Shown here: piece after piece, positions 1-9,334 of the stretch | Position numbering within the stretch: position 1 is the stretch's first letter | Layout of the letters: the number at the start of each line of letters is the position of its first letter | Assembly: GCA_946497955.1 (NCBI GenBank) | Contig: CAMMMH010000003.1 | Coordinates: forward strand, 10,316-74,315 | Source of the DNA: an uncultured Mycoplasmatota bacterium | GTDB taxonomy: Bacteria > Bacillota_I > Bacilli_A > RF39 > UBA660 | DNA length: 64,000 nucleotides | Direction: 5' to 3' | Position numbers and translations under genes: made by a program | The notes under the pieces: generated by a model | The model's input: only the letters and a program-made list of their open reading frames with translations | Told to the model about the DNA's origin: nothing | Database searches by the model: none

Positions 1-213
1 CAGGATAACTTCGGTAATAGAATTGTTATGCACGCTAAATTAATAAAAAGAGAAACTAGGTAAAAAAGTGTCAAATTAATATTTTGATATGCAATGTATA
101 TAAAGCCTTGTTAAAAAAATATTATTTTAGGAGATTGACTTAAGTCTAAATCTTTAGTATGCTTATAGTGAAGATAAGGTGAGACTACTTATCTATATAA
201 AGGAGGATGTATA

Positions 214-1248
214 ATGAAAAAAATTAGTCTATTTGCTACTATATTCGTTTCATTCTTTGCTTTTGGAATGATGAATGTAGAAGCGATTTCACCAGCTGAT
301 ATAGAATATCCTGGTAGTAATGTAACATCAGAAAATAGGGATGGTATTTACTATTTAACATTAACAGGAGATGCTGATGAAGATTTAATAGTTAGTGCTG
401 GAGAAACTGTTGTACTTGATCTTAATGGGCATACTTTAGTTAACTATACTGATGCAGTTGAAACTATTAAAGTAAATGAAGGTGGTGCCTTAACTATTGT
501 TGATAATAGTGCAGGAAAAACTGGTACTGTTAGTCAAGTTGAAACTTCAACTTATGGTCCTATTACTAATTATGGAACTTTAATAATTGAAAGTGGTAAT
601 TTTACAACACCATTAGATTTCTATGTAGTTAGAAATGAAGGTGCTAACCTTACTATTAATGGTGGTAACTTTACAACTGGTTCAACAACAACATCATTAA
701 TTGGTAATATTAAGTATAATGAATTAAGTGCAGATTTACCAACTATGACAATCAATGGAGGTACTTTTGAAGCAGTACAAGATGTTATTAGAAATAATGA
801 AAATACTGCTGTTACAATTACAGGTGGTACTTTCACTAGTCAAAGTGCTTTTGCTTTAGATAACTTAGGATCTGCTACTGTAACGGGTGGAACGTTTACA
901 TCAGTAGAAAATTCTGCTATTAGGCATCAAATTGATAGTACTAATCCAGATTTTAGTAGTTTTAATATTACCAATGCAACATTAAACTCTGCTGCTGATA
1001 AAGGTGATTATGCAATTTATGATAAGGCAGTTAATGAGGATGTAACTGATGATTATAATATTACAACTGATGCTGATGGTAATTTAGTTCTTGAAGAATT
1101 AACACCAGTAACTGATGTTACAGAAGAAACAGAAGAAGTTAGTAATGAAGAAAATCCAGAAACAAGTGATGGAATATTACTATTCTTAGGATTAACAGTT
1201 GTAGGTTTTGCAGGTACTGCATTAGCTTATAGAAGACTTCACAATTAA
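214..1248 (+). CDS. Secreted cell-surface protein with beta-helix-like GG(N/T)F(T/E) repeats and a C-terminal anchor
   Basis: AAGGAGG-type RBS 6 nt upstream of the ATG. N-terminal signal peptide (MKKISLFATIFVSFFAFGMMNVEA). Repeated '(T/I)I(N/T)GG(N/T)FT' units roughly every 22-25 aa. Acidic T/E-rich stalk, then NPETSDG + hydrophobic helix + RRLHN tail (sorting-signal-like). Confidence 0.6.
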   Translation: MKKISLFATIFVSFFAFGMMNVEAISPADIEYPGSNVTSENRDGIYYLTLTGDADEDLIVSAGETVVLDLNGHTLVNYTDAVETIKVNEGGALTIVDNSAGKTGTVSQVETSTYGPITNYGTLIIESGNFTTPLDFYVVRNEGANLTINGGNFTTGSTTTSLIGNIKYNELSADLPTMTINGGTFEAVQDVIRNNENTAVTITGGTFTSQSAFALDNLGSATVTGGTFTSVENSAIRHQIDSTNPDFSSFNITNATLNSAADKGDYAIYDKAVNEDVTDDYNITTDADGNLVLEELTPVTDVTEETEEVSNEENPETSDGILLFLGLTVVGFAGTALAYRRLHN

Positions 1249-1257
1249 TAAGAAATT

Positions 1258-1283
1258 AAGGCATTAAAAAGTGCCTTTTTTTC
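1258..1283 (+). terminator. Rho-independent terminator after the surface-protein gene
   Basis: AAGGCA / TGCCTT stem followed by a T7 run. Confidence 0.6.
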
Positions 1284-1348
1284 TTTTCTAACAAAATTGT
1301 AAGGAAATAATCTTTAATATTGTGTTATCATTTAGTTGGTGATAGATA

Positions 1349-1516
1349 ATGAGACAAAAAGTTAGAGATATAGTATTTTTAATACTAGGTGTTACTTTAA
1401 CAATTCTTTTCTTTACAGTAGTAATACCAGTACTTGCAATTATAGGATTAATTAAAGTAATTTCTATGATTAGACACTTTAAAACTCATCATAAATTTGT
1501 TAAAATAAATCCATAA
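1349..1516 (+). CDS. Small (55 aa) single-TM membrane protein, hypothetical; below the ORF-track size cut-off
   Basis: ATG..TAA ORF read by eye: MRQKVRDIVFLILGVTLTILFFTVVIPVLAIIGLIKVISMIRHFKTHHKFVKINP. It fills the otherwise empty gap between the terminator and the Nudix gene. RBS is weak. Confidence 0.35.
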   Translation: MRQKVRDIVFLILGVTLTILFFTVVIPVLAIIGLIKVISMIRHFKTHHKFVKINP

Positions 1517-1528
1517 GGTGATGAATTT

Positions 1529-2146
1529 ATGGAATATTTAGATTATTATGATGAAGATGGTAATTATTTAGGTTATAAAACAAGAGATGAAGTTCATAAA
1601 GAAGGGCTTTGGCATAATACTGTTCATTGTTGGTTATATGAGATGGATGGTAGTGTTTACTTTCAAATAAGAAGTAGTAGTCATAAATTTTATACGACAG
1701 CATCAGGACATGTTTTAAAAGGTGAGACTATTGAAGAGGCTTTTAGGCGAGAAATAAATGAGGAGATAGGACTTGATATAGATAGTAGCGATGCAACACT
1801 TGTAGATATTGTTCCTTGGCGTATGGATAAAATTAAAAATGGCTCCCTTTTTAAAGATAGAGCGAAAGCGAATGTCTATGTTGATTTATTTGAAGGAGAC
1901 ATAGATAGTTTTAAATTTGATCCTAATGAAGTATTAGGTGTTGTTAAAGTAAAGGCAAAAGATGCTTTAAATCTCTTTAAAAATGGTAAAGGAGAAATAG
2001 AAGCAGTACTTATTACTACTAAAGATAATAAAAATGTAAAGATAAGTAAACTAGTTAGTATAGATGATTTCTTAGTTCAAAAACACGAGAATGCCTACGA
2101 TAAGTATAAAGATGTGTTAAGTAAAGTAATAGAAATTACTAAATAA
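1529..2146 (+). CDS. Nudix hydrolase
   Basis: Nudix box GHVLKGETIEEAFRREINEEIGL (Gx5Ex7REUxEExGU). RBS AAGGTGA. Confidence 0.8.
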   Translation: MEYLDYYDEDGNYLGYKTRDEVHKEGLWHNTVHCWLYEMDGSVYFQIRSSSHKFYTTASGHVLKGETIEEAFRREINEEIGLDIDSSDATLVDIVPWRMDKIKNGSLFKDRAKANVYVDLFEGDIDSFKFDPNEVLGVVKVKAKDALNLFKNGKGEIEAVLITTKDNKNVKISKLVSIDDFLVQKHENAYDKYKDVLSKVIEITK

Positions 2147-2203
2147 GTAGTAATTTCTATTTATTTTTGGTACAATACTTTCTAAGATAGGAGATAGATA
2201 AAA

Positions 2204-4804
2204 TTGAAAGATGCTTATACTAAAAGTAGTAATGATATTTTAGAAGAGTTAAGTAGTAAAAAAGATGGATTAAATGAAAAAGAAGTAACTAAAAGATTAG
2301 AAAAATATGGTTATAATGAAATAGAAGCTAAGAAACCTAAAACTATATTAGAAATGGTTATAGATGGGCTTAAAGATAAAATGATTTTAATACTTTTACT
2401 TGCATCAATTCTTTCCTTTATACTAGGAGAAGTAGCAGAAGGGGTAGTTATATTAATAATTATCTTTATAAATTCTTTAATTAGTATAATTCAAGAGAAG
2501 AAAGCAATGAATGCTATTATTGCTTTAAGAAATATGAATGCTCCTCATACTACTGTTATAAGAGGTGGTAAGAAGAAAAATATTTTAACTAAAGAAGTAG
2601 TTCTTGGAGATATTGTTTATCTAGAAGATGGTAATATTGTACCTGCAGATATTAGATTAATAGAAGAGAATGGTTTAAAAGTAGATGAATCATCTCTTAC
2701 AGGAGAAAGTGTTCCTGTAGAAAAAGATGCTAATATTACTTTAGATAAAAATACACCTTTAGCAGATAGAGTTAATATGGTTTATTCATCAACTATTATT
2801 TCTTATGGTACTGCTATTGGAGTTGTAGTTGGAACAGCTACTAATACAGAAGTAGGTTCTATTGCTACAATGTTAGATAATACTGATAGCCTAGATACTC
2901 CACTTAAAAGAAAGCTTAATAAAGTTGGAGAAGTCTTAAGTATTATTGGTATTGTAGTCGCTATTCTCATATTTATAATAGGGCTTATTTATGGTAAAGA
3001 CTTTATCTCTTTATTAATGGTATCTATATCTTTAGCTATCTCTGTAATACCAGAAGGATTACCTGCTACGGCAACTATTGTAATGGCTTTAGGTGTATCT
3101 CGTATGGCTAAGAAAAATGCTTTAGTAAAGAAACTTCCTGCTGTTGAAGCTTTAGGTAGTGCTACTGTTATTTGTTCTGATAAGACTGGTACTCTTACTT
3201 TAAATAAAATGACAGTTGTAAAAAGTACTTTATATAGTGATATTATTAATAAAAATGATGAGAATACTTTTAGTGATGATTTGATAAAGTGTGCTTGTTT
3301 ATGTAATAATGCTTATATTGATAAAGATAAAGTAATAGGAGATCCTACAGAAGGATGTTTATTAACTTATGCTAAAAATAATGGTTATGATATTAAAGAT
3401 ATAAAAAGTAATAAAGTTTTATATGAACAAGCTTTTGACTCTGTTAGAAAAAGAATGAGTGCTGTCATTAAAGATGAAAAGGGATATTTAGTTTATTGTA
3501 AAGGAGCTCCTGAAGAGTTAATAGATGTATGTAGTTATGCTAGCATTAAAGGCAAGTTAGTTAAACTTACTAGTGAAGATAAGGATAAAATTAAAGATTA
3601 TTGTGTCACTATGTCTAGTAAAGGCTTAAGACTATTAGGCTTTGCTATGAAAAATATTGATACTCTTCCTAAAGAAGGGGATATGATAGAAGAAGATTTA
3701 ACTTTCATTGGTATTATGGGAATAATTGATCCACCACGTGAAGAAGTTAAACATGCTGTTAATACTTGTCATGAAGCAGGCATTAGAGTAATTATGATTA
3801 CAGGAGATCATAAATTAACTGCTCAGGAAATCGCTAAAGATCTTGGTATCTATAAAAAAGGTGATTTAGTAGTAGATGGGGAAACTTTAAGTAAAATGAG
3901 TGATTTAAAGCTTCGTAATACAATTAAAGATATTTCTGTTTTTGCTAGAGTTACACCTCAAGATAAACTTAGAATTGTTAATGCTTTAAAGAAAAACAAA
4001 GAAATAGTTGCTATGACAGGGGATGGTGTTAATGATGCTCCTGCTTTAAAGAAAGCTGATATTGGTGTTGCCATGGGTATTACTGGTACAGATGTTTCAA
4101 AAGAAGCAGCAGCTATGATTTTATTAGACGATAATTTTGCAACGATTGAAGTAGCTATTAAAGAAGGAAGAAGAGTATACCGCAATATTCAAAAAGTAAT
4201 TCAATATTTATTAGCAGGTAATATTGCAGAAGTATTAACTATATTTGTCTCTATAATATTTAACTTACCAAGTCCTTTACTTGCTGTTCATATCTTATTT
4301 ATTAATCTTGTAACTGATACCCTTCCATCTCTTGCTCTTGGAATAGATCCTGCTAGTCCTAATATTATGCATCATAAACCAGTTAAAGAAGGAAGCTTGT
4401 TTGAGCATGGTCTTGTCTTTAGAATAGCCTTTTATGGAATCTATCTTGCTATTATCACTTTAACTGCATATTTTATAGGAGTAAATGATAGTTATGATGT
4501 TGGTATGACAATGGCCTTTACAGTTTTATGTTTATCACAGATATTCCATTCTCTAAACCAAAGTTCAAGTATAACATCTCTATTTAGTAAAGATTATCCA
4601 AGGAATAAAATGTTATTCCTTTCTATGGTAGGATCTATATTATTCCTTGTAATTGTCTTATTTATAACACCTATAAGAGAATTCTTCTCACTTAGTGTAT
4701 TAAGTGGAAATGAATGGTTAATAGTTATATTACTATCTTTATCACCAATTCTTATAGTTGAAATACTTAAAGCGATAAAAAGAAGATTAGGAATGGATAG
4801 TTAG
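2204..4804 (+). CDS. P-type (P2-type, Ca2+-transporting-like) cation ATPase
   Basis: CSDKTGTLT phosphorylation site, TGES actuator motif, [21 protein letters not shown] hinge, PEGLP in TM4, about 10 TM segments. TTG start 9 nt after AGGAGA; there is no in-frame ATG nearby. Confidence 0.9.
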   Translation: MKDAYTKSSNDILEELSSKKDGLNEKEVTKRLEKYGYNEIEAKKPKTILEMVIDGLKDKMILILLLASILSFILGEVAEGVVILIIIFINSLISIIQEKKAMNAIIALRNMNAPHTTVIRGGKKKNILTKEVVLGDIVYLEDGNIVPADIRLIEENGLKVDESSLTGESVPVEKDANITLDKNTPLADRVNMVYSSTIISYGTAIGVVVGTATNTEVGSIATMLDNTDSLDTPLKRKLNKVGEVLSIIGIVVAILIFIIGLIYGKDFISLLMVSISLAISVIPEGLPATATIVMALGVSRMAKKNALVKKLPAVEALGSATVICSDKTGTLTLNKMTVVKSTLYSDIINKNDENTFSDDLIKCACLCNNAYIDKDKVIGDPTEGCLLTYAKNNGYDIKDIKSNKVLYEQAFDSVRKRMSAVIKDEKGYLVYCKGAPEELIDVCSYASIKGKLVKLTSEDKDKIKDYCVTMSSKGLRLLGFAMKNIDTLPKEGDMIEEDLTFIGIMGIIDPPREEVKHAVNTCHEAGIRVIMITGDHKLTAQEIAKDLGIYKKGDLVVDGETLSKMSDLKLRNTIKDISVFARVTPQDKLRIVNALKKNKEIVAMTGDGVNDAPALKKADIGVAMGITGTDVSKEAAAMILLDDNFATIEVAIKEGRRVYRNIQKVIQYLLAGNIAEVLTIFVSIIFNLPSPLLAVHILFINLVTDTLPSLALGIDPASPNIMHHKPVKEGSLFEHGLVFRIAFYGIYLAIITLTAYFIGVNDSYDVGMTMAFTVLCLSQIFHSLNQSSSITSLFSKDYPRNKMLFLSMVGSILFLVIVLFITPIREFFSLSVLSGNEWLIVILLSLSPILIVEILKAIKRRLGMDS

Positions 4805-4869
4805 TTTATAAGATATATTAAAGATTAAAATATGTTTAGAACAATAAGAAAATTATAAAAATATTTTTG

Positions 4870-4898
4870 AAAAACGTCTTGAAATATAGATGTTTTTT
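4870..4898 (+). terminator. Rho-independent terminator for the ATPase gene
   Basis: AAAACGTCT / AGATGTTTT stem (one G-U pair) followed by a T-run. Confidence 0.5.
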
Positions 4899-4899
4899 G

Positions 4900-4945
4900 T
4901 TAACTTTTATGCACAATTCTATATTTTTTTGTGCATAAAAGTTAA
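4900..4945. promoter_or_regulatory. Perfect 17-bp inverted repeat upstream of abiEi (candidate operator overlapping the promoter)
   Basis: TTAACTTTTATGCACAA (4900-4916), 12-nt spacer, TTGTGCATAAAAGTTAA (4929-4945). TATAAT lies at about 4966, about 55 nt upstream of the abiEi ATG. Confidence 0.4.
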
Positions 4946-5000
4946 TTTTTATTTACCTTAATAGGATATAATGATATAATAATGCTGTAGGTGGGATATT

Positions 5001-5594
5001 ATGAGAAAGAAAGAAGAACTTTTAAATATTGTAAATAGAAATGGTGGTTATATTACAACGAGGGATTTAACTAAATATAATATAAATAGACGATTTTTAG
5101 CGCTATTAGTAAAAGAAGAGAAACTTATTAGAGTATCAAGAGGATATTATACTTTGCCAAATACTTTTTCAGATGATTTCTATATCATTCTTTCAAAATG
5201 TAAGAAAGCTGTTTTTTCGGATGCTACCGCTCTTTATCTTCATAATCTTTCTGATAGAACTCCTTTAATTTATGATGTTACTTTACCTTATGGATATGGT
5301 AATTGTTATAAAGATATGCCTAATGTTTGTCTTCATTATGTAAAAAATGCGAATATCAATTTAGGTATGATAGAAATAGAATCTCCTTTTGGAATGAAAA
5401 TAAAAACATATGATATTGAAAGAACTATTTGTGATATTATTAAAAATAAAAATAAAATGGATATTGAAATTTTTGTTAAAGCATTAAAAGAATATTCAAG
5501 ATTAAAAAATAAAGATATAAATAAATTAATGAAATATGCAAAAAAATTAAATGTAGAAAAGAAAGTAAGAGAATATATGGAGGTGTTGTTATAA
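5001..5594 (+). CDS. abiEi: AbiEi-family antitoxin / transcriptional regulator (type IV TA system)
   Basis: N-terminal wHTH typical of AbiEi_4 (NGGYITTRDLTKYNINRRFLALLVKEEKLIRVSRGYYTL). Immediately followed by an AbiEii-like gene. Confidence 0.75.
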   Translation: MRKKEELLNIVNRNGGYITTRDLTKYNINRRFLALLVKEEKLIRVSRGYYTLPNTFSDDFYIILSKCKKAVFSDATALYLHNLSDRTPLIYDVTLPYGYGNCYKDMPNVCLHYVKNANINLGMIEIESPFGMKIKTYDIERTICDIIKNKNKMDIEIFVKALKEYSRLKNKDINKLMKYAKKLNVEKKVREYMEVLL

Positions 5595-6445
5595 TTAATC
5601 AAGACAAATTAAAAAGTTTAGTTTCTAAAAAGGCACTAGGAAATACATATAAATCACAAATTTACTTTCAATTATTTTATTTTGAAAGACTATTAGAAAG
5701 AATTTCTAAAAGTAAATATAAAAATTATATTATCTTAAAAGGTGGATTAGTTTTAACATCAATTATTGGTAATGATGATAGAACTACTAAAGATATGGAT
5801 GCAACGGTAAAAGGTATTCCTCTTTCAGAGAATACAATTAAAGAGACATTTAAGGAAATATTTAATATTGATTTGGATGATGGTGTTACTTTTGAACTTA
5901 TTAGTATTAAAGATATTAGGTTAGAAGATAAGTATGGTGGTTTTAGATTAAATATTTTATCAAAATTAGGCAATAATAAAACATATATTACAGTTGAACT
6001 AACAACTGGTGATGAAATAACTCCTAGAGAGATAAAATTTAGTTATAATTCGATTTTTGAAAATAAAAAAATACCAATTATGGCATATAACATTGAAACA
6101 ATATTAGCTGAAAAATTTCATTCTATTATTTCAAGAGGTATTTTAAATACTCGTTTAAAAGACTTTTACGATGTTTATATGTTATTTAATTTTAAAGAAG
6201 ATATTATAAATAAAAAAATGTTGGTAAAAGCGTTAGAAAATACATTTAAAAAGAGAAATACTTTAATAGATATAGATGAATTTGTTAATCTTATAAACGA
6301 TTTATATAATAATGATTCTCTTAAAAAACTATGGAGTGAATATCAAAATAAAAATACATATGCTAAAGGTATAAGTTTTGAAGATACAATAGATTCTGTT
6401 AAAATAATAGTTAATATACTAGAAGAAACATTAATTACTGTTTAA
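5591..6445 (+). CDS. abiEii: AbiEii/AbiGii-family nucleotidyltransferase toxin; the conserved N-terminus lacks a canonical start codon
   Basis: The frame is open from 5525. 5594-5794 encodes INQDKLKSLVSKKA...FERLLERISKSKYKNYIILKGGLVLTSIIGNDDRTTKDMDATVKG, the family-typical N-terminus including the KGG and DxD motifs. The first ATG/GTG/TTG in frame is at 5795, inside the DxD motif. Only ATA (5591) or ATT (5594) is available as a start. Confidence 0.7.
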   Translation: MINQDKLKSLVSKKALGNTYKSQIYFQLFYFERLLERISKSKYKNYIILKGGLVLTSIIGNDDRTTKDMDATVKGIPLSENTIKETFKEIFNIDLDDGVTFELISIKDIRLEDKYGGFRLNILSKLGNNKTYITVELTTGDEITPREIKFSYNSIFENKKIPIMAYNIETILAEKFHSIISRGILNTRLKDFYDVYMLFNFKEDIINKKMLVKALENTFKKRNTLIDIDEFVNLINDLYNNDSLKKLWSEYQNKNTYAKGISFEDTIDSVKIIVNILEETLITV

Positions 6446-6515
6446 AGAGTTTTGATAAAAATGAGCTTCAATAATAAATAATATTTTAAAACATAAACTT
6501 ACTACTGGAAAGGTA

Positions 6516-8429
6516 GTGAGTTTTATGTTTACAAGAGGAATAGATAAGAGAATGAAAATTATTCTTTTAATATTTAGTAGTATTTTATTAGTAATAGTCT
6601 TAAGAGTATTTTATGTACAAGTAGTAGATTATAAAAAACTATCAACTCTTGCTAGTGACCTTTGGAGTAGGAATCTTCCTATTGAAGCATCGCGTGGTAG
6701 GATTCTTGATAGAAATGGAGTAGTTCTTGCTGATAATATTACAACTACATCTTTAGTTTTAATACCTAATCAGATTAAGAATAAAAAAGAAGTAACAGAA
6801 AAACTTGCTGAAATTTTAGGAGTTAGTTTTGATGAGATGAAAGAACACGTTTATAAAGAAACATCAATAGAAAGAGTTCATCCCGAAGGAAGACGGTTAT
6901 CATATGAAGTAGCCGATAAAATAGAAGCTTTAAACTTTGATGGTGTTTATTTAGTTAAAGAATCTAAAAGATATTATCCCCATGATACTATGTTATCCCA
7001 TGTCTTAGGTTATGTAGGAATAGATAATCAAGGACTATCTGGTATAGAGTTACAATATGATGATTATCTAACTGGAGAAAATGGAGCGATTAAATATTTT
7101 AGTGATGCTAAAGGTAATAAACTAGAACTTACTGATTTATATATAGAACCCCAAGATGGTATGGATTTACAACTTACTATTGATATCAATATTCAAAAGT
7201 CAGTAGAGCGTGAGTTAGATAATGTTGTTGATATGTTTAATCCTGATATGGCTCTTGCAGTAGTAATGGACCCTAATACAGGAGAGATACTAGCGATGAG
7301 TTCTAGGCCAAACTTTGATCCTAATAATTACGAGAAATATAGTACTGAAGAGTTATCACGAAATTTACCTATCTGGGCTACATATGAACCAGGTTCTACG
7401 CAAAAGATAGTAACAACAGCAGCGGCGGTAGAAGAAAAAGTTGTAGATTTATTTAAAGACGAATTTACTGATACCGGTTCAGTTCAAGTAGATACCGCTA
7501 GAATTAAATGTTGGAAAGCAGGAGGACATGGTCATCAAACATTTTTGCAGGTACTTCAGAACAGCTGTAACCCAGGATTCGTTAAAATGGGACAGTTATT
7601 AGGAAAAGAGAGATTATTTCACTACTTAGACTTATTTGGTTTTGGTTCTAAGACAGGAATAGACCTTAATGGAGAAGGAGAAGGTATTATCTTTCCTCTT
7701 GATAAAGTAGGTAACATTGAACTTGCCACGACTGCCTTTGGTCAAGGAATTAGTGTTACGCCTATTCAACAAGTAAGAGCGATATCAGCCGTTATTAATG
7801 GTGGTATTTTACTAAAGCCTTATGTTTTAAAAAATATATTAGAGCCAGAAACTGGTAATGTTATGGAACATAATAGTAAAACAGAAATTAGAAGAGTAAT
7901 AAGTGAAGATACAAGTAAGATTATGAGATATGCCCTAGAAACAGTAGTTGCCTTAGGTGGTGGTAAATCTGCTTATATTGATGGCTATAGAATTGGTGGT
8001 AAGACAGGTACGGCTCAAAAAGCTGTTAATGGAGCCTATCTTGCTAACAACTACATAATGTCCTTTGTTGGTATAGTTCCCTCTAATGACCCAGAAGCAG
8101 TACTATATATCGCTATAGATAATCCCAAAGATACAGCACTACTTTCAAGTTATACAACAACTCCTATTGCAAGACGTATCCTTTTAGATATAATCGATGC
8201 CTTAGGTATTGAAAAGCAAGTTGGAGGCGTAGAAAAAGACTGGGAGTGGAGTGATAAAGTCTATTATGAAGTAGCAGATGTTGTAGGAAAAACTCCAGAT
8301 GAAGCGAAGAAATTACTTGAACATTTTACTATAGAATACTCTGGTAGTGGAGAGAAGATAATAAGTCAGTCACCAGAAGCTGGAACAAGATTAGAAGATG
8401 GCAGTACTGTTAAATTAATGTTAGGTTAG
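6516..8429 (+). CDS. Class B penicillin-binding protein (PBP2B/SpoVD/FtsI-like transpeptidase) with a C-terminal PASTA domain
   Basis: N-terminal TM anchor. SxxK (GSTQK), SxN (SCN) and KTG (GKTGTA) motifs. One PASTA domain at the C-terminus. Start is GTG 6516 or ATG 6525. Confidence 0.9.
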   Translation: MSFMFTRGIDKRMKIILLIFSSILLVIVLRVFYVQVVDYKKLSTLASDLWSRNLPIEASRGRILDRNGVVLADNITTTSLVLIPNQIKNKKEVTEKLAEILGVSFDEMKEHVYKETSIERVHPEGRRLSYEVADKIEALNFDGVYLVKESKRYYPHDTMLSHVLGYVGIDNQGLSGIELQYDDYLTGENGAIKYFSDAKGNKLELTDLYIEPQDGMDLQLTIDINIQKSVERELDNVVDMFNPDMALAVVMDPNTGEILAMSSRPNFDPNNYEKYSTEELSRNLPIWATYEPGSTQKIVTTAAAVEEKVVDLFKDEFTDTGSVQVDTARIKCWKAGGHGHQTFLQVLQNSCNPGFVKMGQLLGKERLFHYLDLFGFGSKTGIDLNGEGEGIIFPLDKVGNIELATTAFGQGISVTPIQQVRAISAVINGGILLKPYVLKNILEPETGNVMEHNSKTEIRRVISEDTSKIMRYALETVVALGGGKSAYIDGYRIGGKTGTAQKAVNGAYLANNYIMSFVGIVPSNDPEAVLYIAIDNPKDTALLSSYTTTPIARRILLDIIDALGIEKQVGGVEKDWEWSDKVYYEVADVVGKTPDEAKKLLEHFTIEYSGSGEKIISQSPEAGTRLEDGSTVKLMLG

Positions 8430-8485
8430 TTAATTTTCTTGTTTTAAAGAAAAAATTAAGATATATTTAAATAAAGGTGATAAAT

Positions 8486-9214
8486 ATGAAGAGAAATATT
8501 GGTGATAGAACATTTGAACTTATAAAGCAAGAAAAAGAAAGGTATAAAAGATTACAAGACTTTATTAAAAATAATGAACCTACAAGTGGCATTATAGCAG
8601 ATACGAATTACTTAATAAAACTTAATAAAAGAAAGTATTATACTGATTTTAATGTTAATGAGTCAAAATTTTCTTTAAAAGCTTATAAATTTGATAAGGA
8701 TAGATATATCTATGATTATAAAGTATTCCCTTCTCCTGATAATGCTGATTTTTATAAAGGAATAATATTAACAAGTATAAATCTCCATCCTATTTATGAG
8801 AAAGTATATAAATTTGATAAAAGTTTTTTAGAAGAAAATTTAACAGCAAAGGCACATATACTTAGATTAAAATTGTTTGATACAGTTATTAATAAAACTT
8901 TTACTTTAATTGGTACTGAAGGTAGACCTTTTATTGTATATAGTTCTAATAATGTTCATTTCTCTGTTGATGATAGATCTATTAACGAATTAGTGAATTA
9001 TTATTCTAAAGAAGGTAAAAAAATCTGTACGATGGGTTTAACTGAAAAAGAATGGTGTAGTGTTTACTTACCAGATGGAATGACAGGACCTAAAGAGATA
9101 GAAGATTTTATAAAAAAGAATATATCTAGTGATGATGACCCTACTAAGCTAGTAGAGATGGCAGGATACTATAATTCAAGTGAGAAATTTCATAATTTAG
9201 TAAAGAAAATATAA
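8486..9214 (+). CDS. Hypothetical cytoplasmic protein (no recognisable domain) between the PBP gene and mraY
   Basis: Long ORF with RBS AAAGGTG upstream of ATG 8486 (the track start, GTG 8477, is less likely). No TM segment and no motif I recognise. Confidence 0.6.
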   Translation: MKRNIGDRTFELIKQEKERYKRLQDFIKNNEPTSGIIADTNYLIKLNKRKYYTDFNVNESKFSLKAYKFDKDRYIYDYKVFPSPDNADFYKGIILTSINLHPIYEKVYKFDKSFLEENLTAKAHILRLKLFDTVINKTFTLIGTEGRPFIVYSSNNVHFSVDDRSINELVNYYSKEGKKICTMGLTEKEWCSVYLPDGMTGPKEIEDFIKKNISSDDDPTKLVEMAGYYNSSEKFHNLVKKI

Positions 9215-9334
9215 TTAGTCTAATTTTAAATATTTATCATAAAATTTAATGACAAGAGAAAGTCAAATAGAAAAATATATATAGAATAACAAAAATACTT
9301 ATGCTATAATACTTGAAGAAAGAGGCGATAAGTC

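Noticed and set aside
1-63. An open frame running into the window start and ending at TAA 61-63 (…QDNFGNRIVMHAKLIKRETR*).
   Set aside because: It is probably the 3' end of an upstream gene, but 20 codons are too few to support a call.
621-836. Antisense or out-of-frame short ORFs in the six-frame track. Examples: 621-836, 3958-4185, 5336-5602, 5725-5973, 10871-11074, 21215-21406, 22702-22965, 24401-24628, 25911-26195, 27568-27753, 41399-41581, 44213-44428, 46095-46382, 47691-47897, 50563-50751, 54954-55166.
   Set aside because: Each lies entirely within a longer, motif-supported gene on the opposite strand or in another frame. They have no RBS, and their low-complexity composition is typical of AT-rich antisense frames. 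They are treated as spurious.
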